Origin: Atractiella rhizophila
Taxonomy: Eukaryota
DNA length: 64,000 nucleotides
Assembly: GCA_021432655.1 (NCBI GenBank)
Contig: MU271341.1
Coordinates: 1 to 64,000, forward strand
Direction of reading: 5' to 3'
Both the position numbers and the translations under genes were made by a program. The notes below the pieces were generated by a model, which searched no databases, had not been told where the DNA came from, and was given only the letters and a program-made list of their open reading frames with translations. Below, one piece after another: positions 63,073 through 64,000 of this stretch (positions are counted from its first letter, which is position 1; every line of letters starts with the position of its first letter).

Positions 63073-64000
63073 TTACATCGAATTCTTCCCCGTCCTGATC
63101 GATTGACCGTCTACGCTCTTCCTCAGGCTATCGCTGTCAACGTCATTCTCTATACTCAGACTATCAAGTCTGTCCTGTTCCTCCACATTCTGCTCCACGC
63201 TCTTCGTATCCGTCCTGCTTAGGGCTCCATCCGCCGTCGCGCCGTAATCAGCGATGTAACGGCGCTCTTTCCGTTTCAAACCACAGCAACTCGCGCCAGG
63301 GTTGTCTTCAAGAGAGGTGCGAATAACAGAGCCAGCGAATAGAAGGTCCATTTCCTCCAACGGAACACCTTTCGTTTCCGGCAAACCAATGAGCACCTGA
63401 GGCAGACCATGGTATTACGTTCACTGTTTCGACGTGGCGAAGAAGGGAACCCGTACCCAGAGAGTCATGAGCACACACATGCTTCCGAAAAGGAGAAAAG
63501 TCCCATATTTGATGCTTTCGAGCAGAGTTGGTGTGATCCGGACAATGACCTTGAGTTCGCAGAACATGAATAAATGTGATCATGCAAGGGGCGACTTACA
63601 AAGTTGAAGAGCCATTGGGTCATCAACGCGAACGACATCGTGAAAGAACGAAGATTCGTGGGAATCACTTCCGTCGCGACCTGCATTCGGTAGGATGGAT
63701 CAGCAAAAGTGCGGACTACGGAGGAAGGGCCCACCATCCACGGAATTGTTCCCCATCCAAAACTGTAGAAGACGCTATCGAGGAAAGTATGAGGGCAGTT
63801 TCTTGGATGAGTGCAAACTGACACATAGACATATACAAATGCAATGGCTCCATAACTGGCCCCAATTCGCTCATGTCCCGGATGGATTTTCCCGTAAGCT
63901 CCCAAGTAGTACCTATTCTAAACGTCAAAGCTGTTTGTTTTGAGCAAAAGGCACTTGCATTGATATCGCTTGCCCCATCCCGCCAACGATCAGCGAACGC
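63073..64000 (-). CDS. MFS sugar porter (quinate-permease-like), 3' part only
   Basis: FYSFGWGTIPW...EVIPTNLRSFTMSFALMTQWLFNF and LPETKGVPLEEMDLLF. Confidence 0.88.

Noticed and set aside
1..64000. Transposons, rRNA/tRNA genes, CRISPR arrays, telomeric repeats
   Set aside because: No transposase or RT motifs, terminal repeats, recognisable structural RNA sequence or spaced repeat arrays seen by eye

Overview
Gene-dense, intron-rich eukaryotic DNA, most consistent with a basidiomycete fungus (short ~45-60 nt GT-AG introns, many GTTCGT/GTGCGT donors; the finer taxon cannot be fixed from sequence alone). About 27 protein-coding loci are recognisable: POT/PTR2 transporter, SNRNP27, CBP20, THO2, YIP3, SLC1, ATX1, an Mso1-like protein, a CE1-type esterase, BYE1, a PhyH dioxygenase, RRP14/SURF6, SES1, a Cid1-family nucleotidyltransferase, a START-fold protein, FYV7, SUI1/eIF1, a Dabb protein, a group III hybrid histidine kinase, THOC3/TEX1, an MFS sugar transporter and four divergent F-box genes (one with premature stops). 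The most notable observation is a single ~1,500-aa gene fusing the ER glucosidase II alpha (GH31) and beta (PRKCSH/Gtb1) subunits; the junction lies inside one exon and the first LDLa-like module of beta is missing. Also notable: a stand-alone RNase III domain with a Mini-III-like signature, and three intragenic tandem duplications, two of which differ only at synonymous sites and are probably allelic haplotypes assembled in tandem. Exon boundaries were read by eye and are approximate. No rRNA, tRNA, CRISPR or transposon was recognised.
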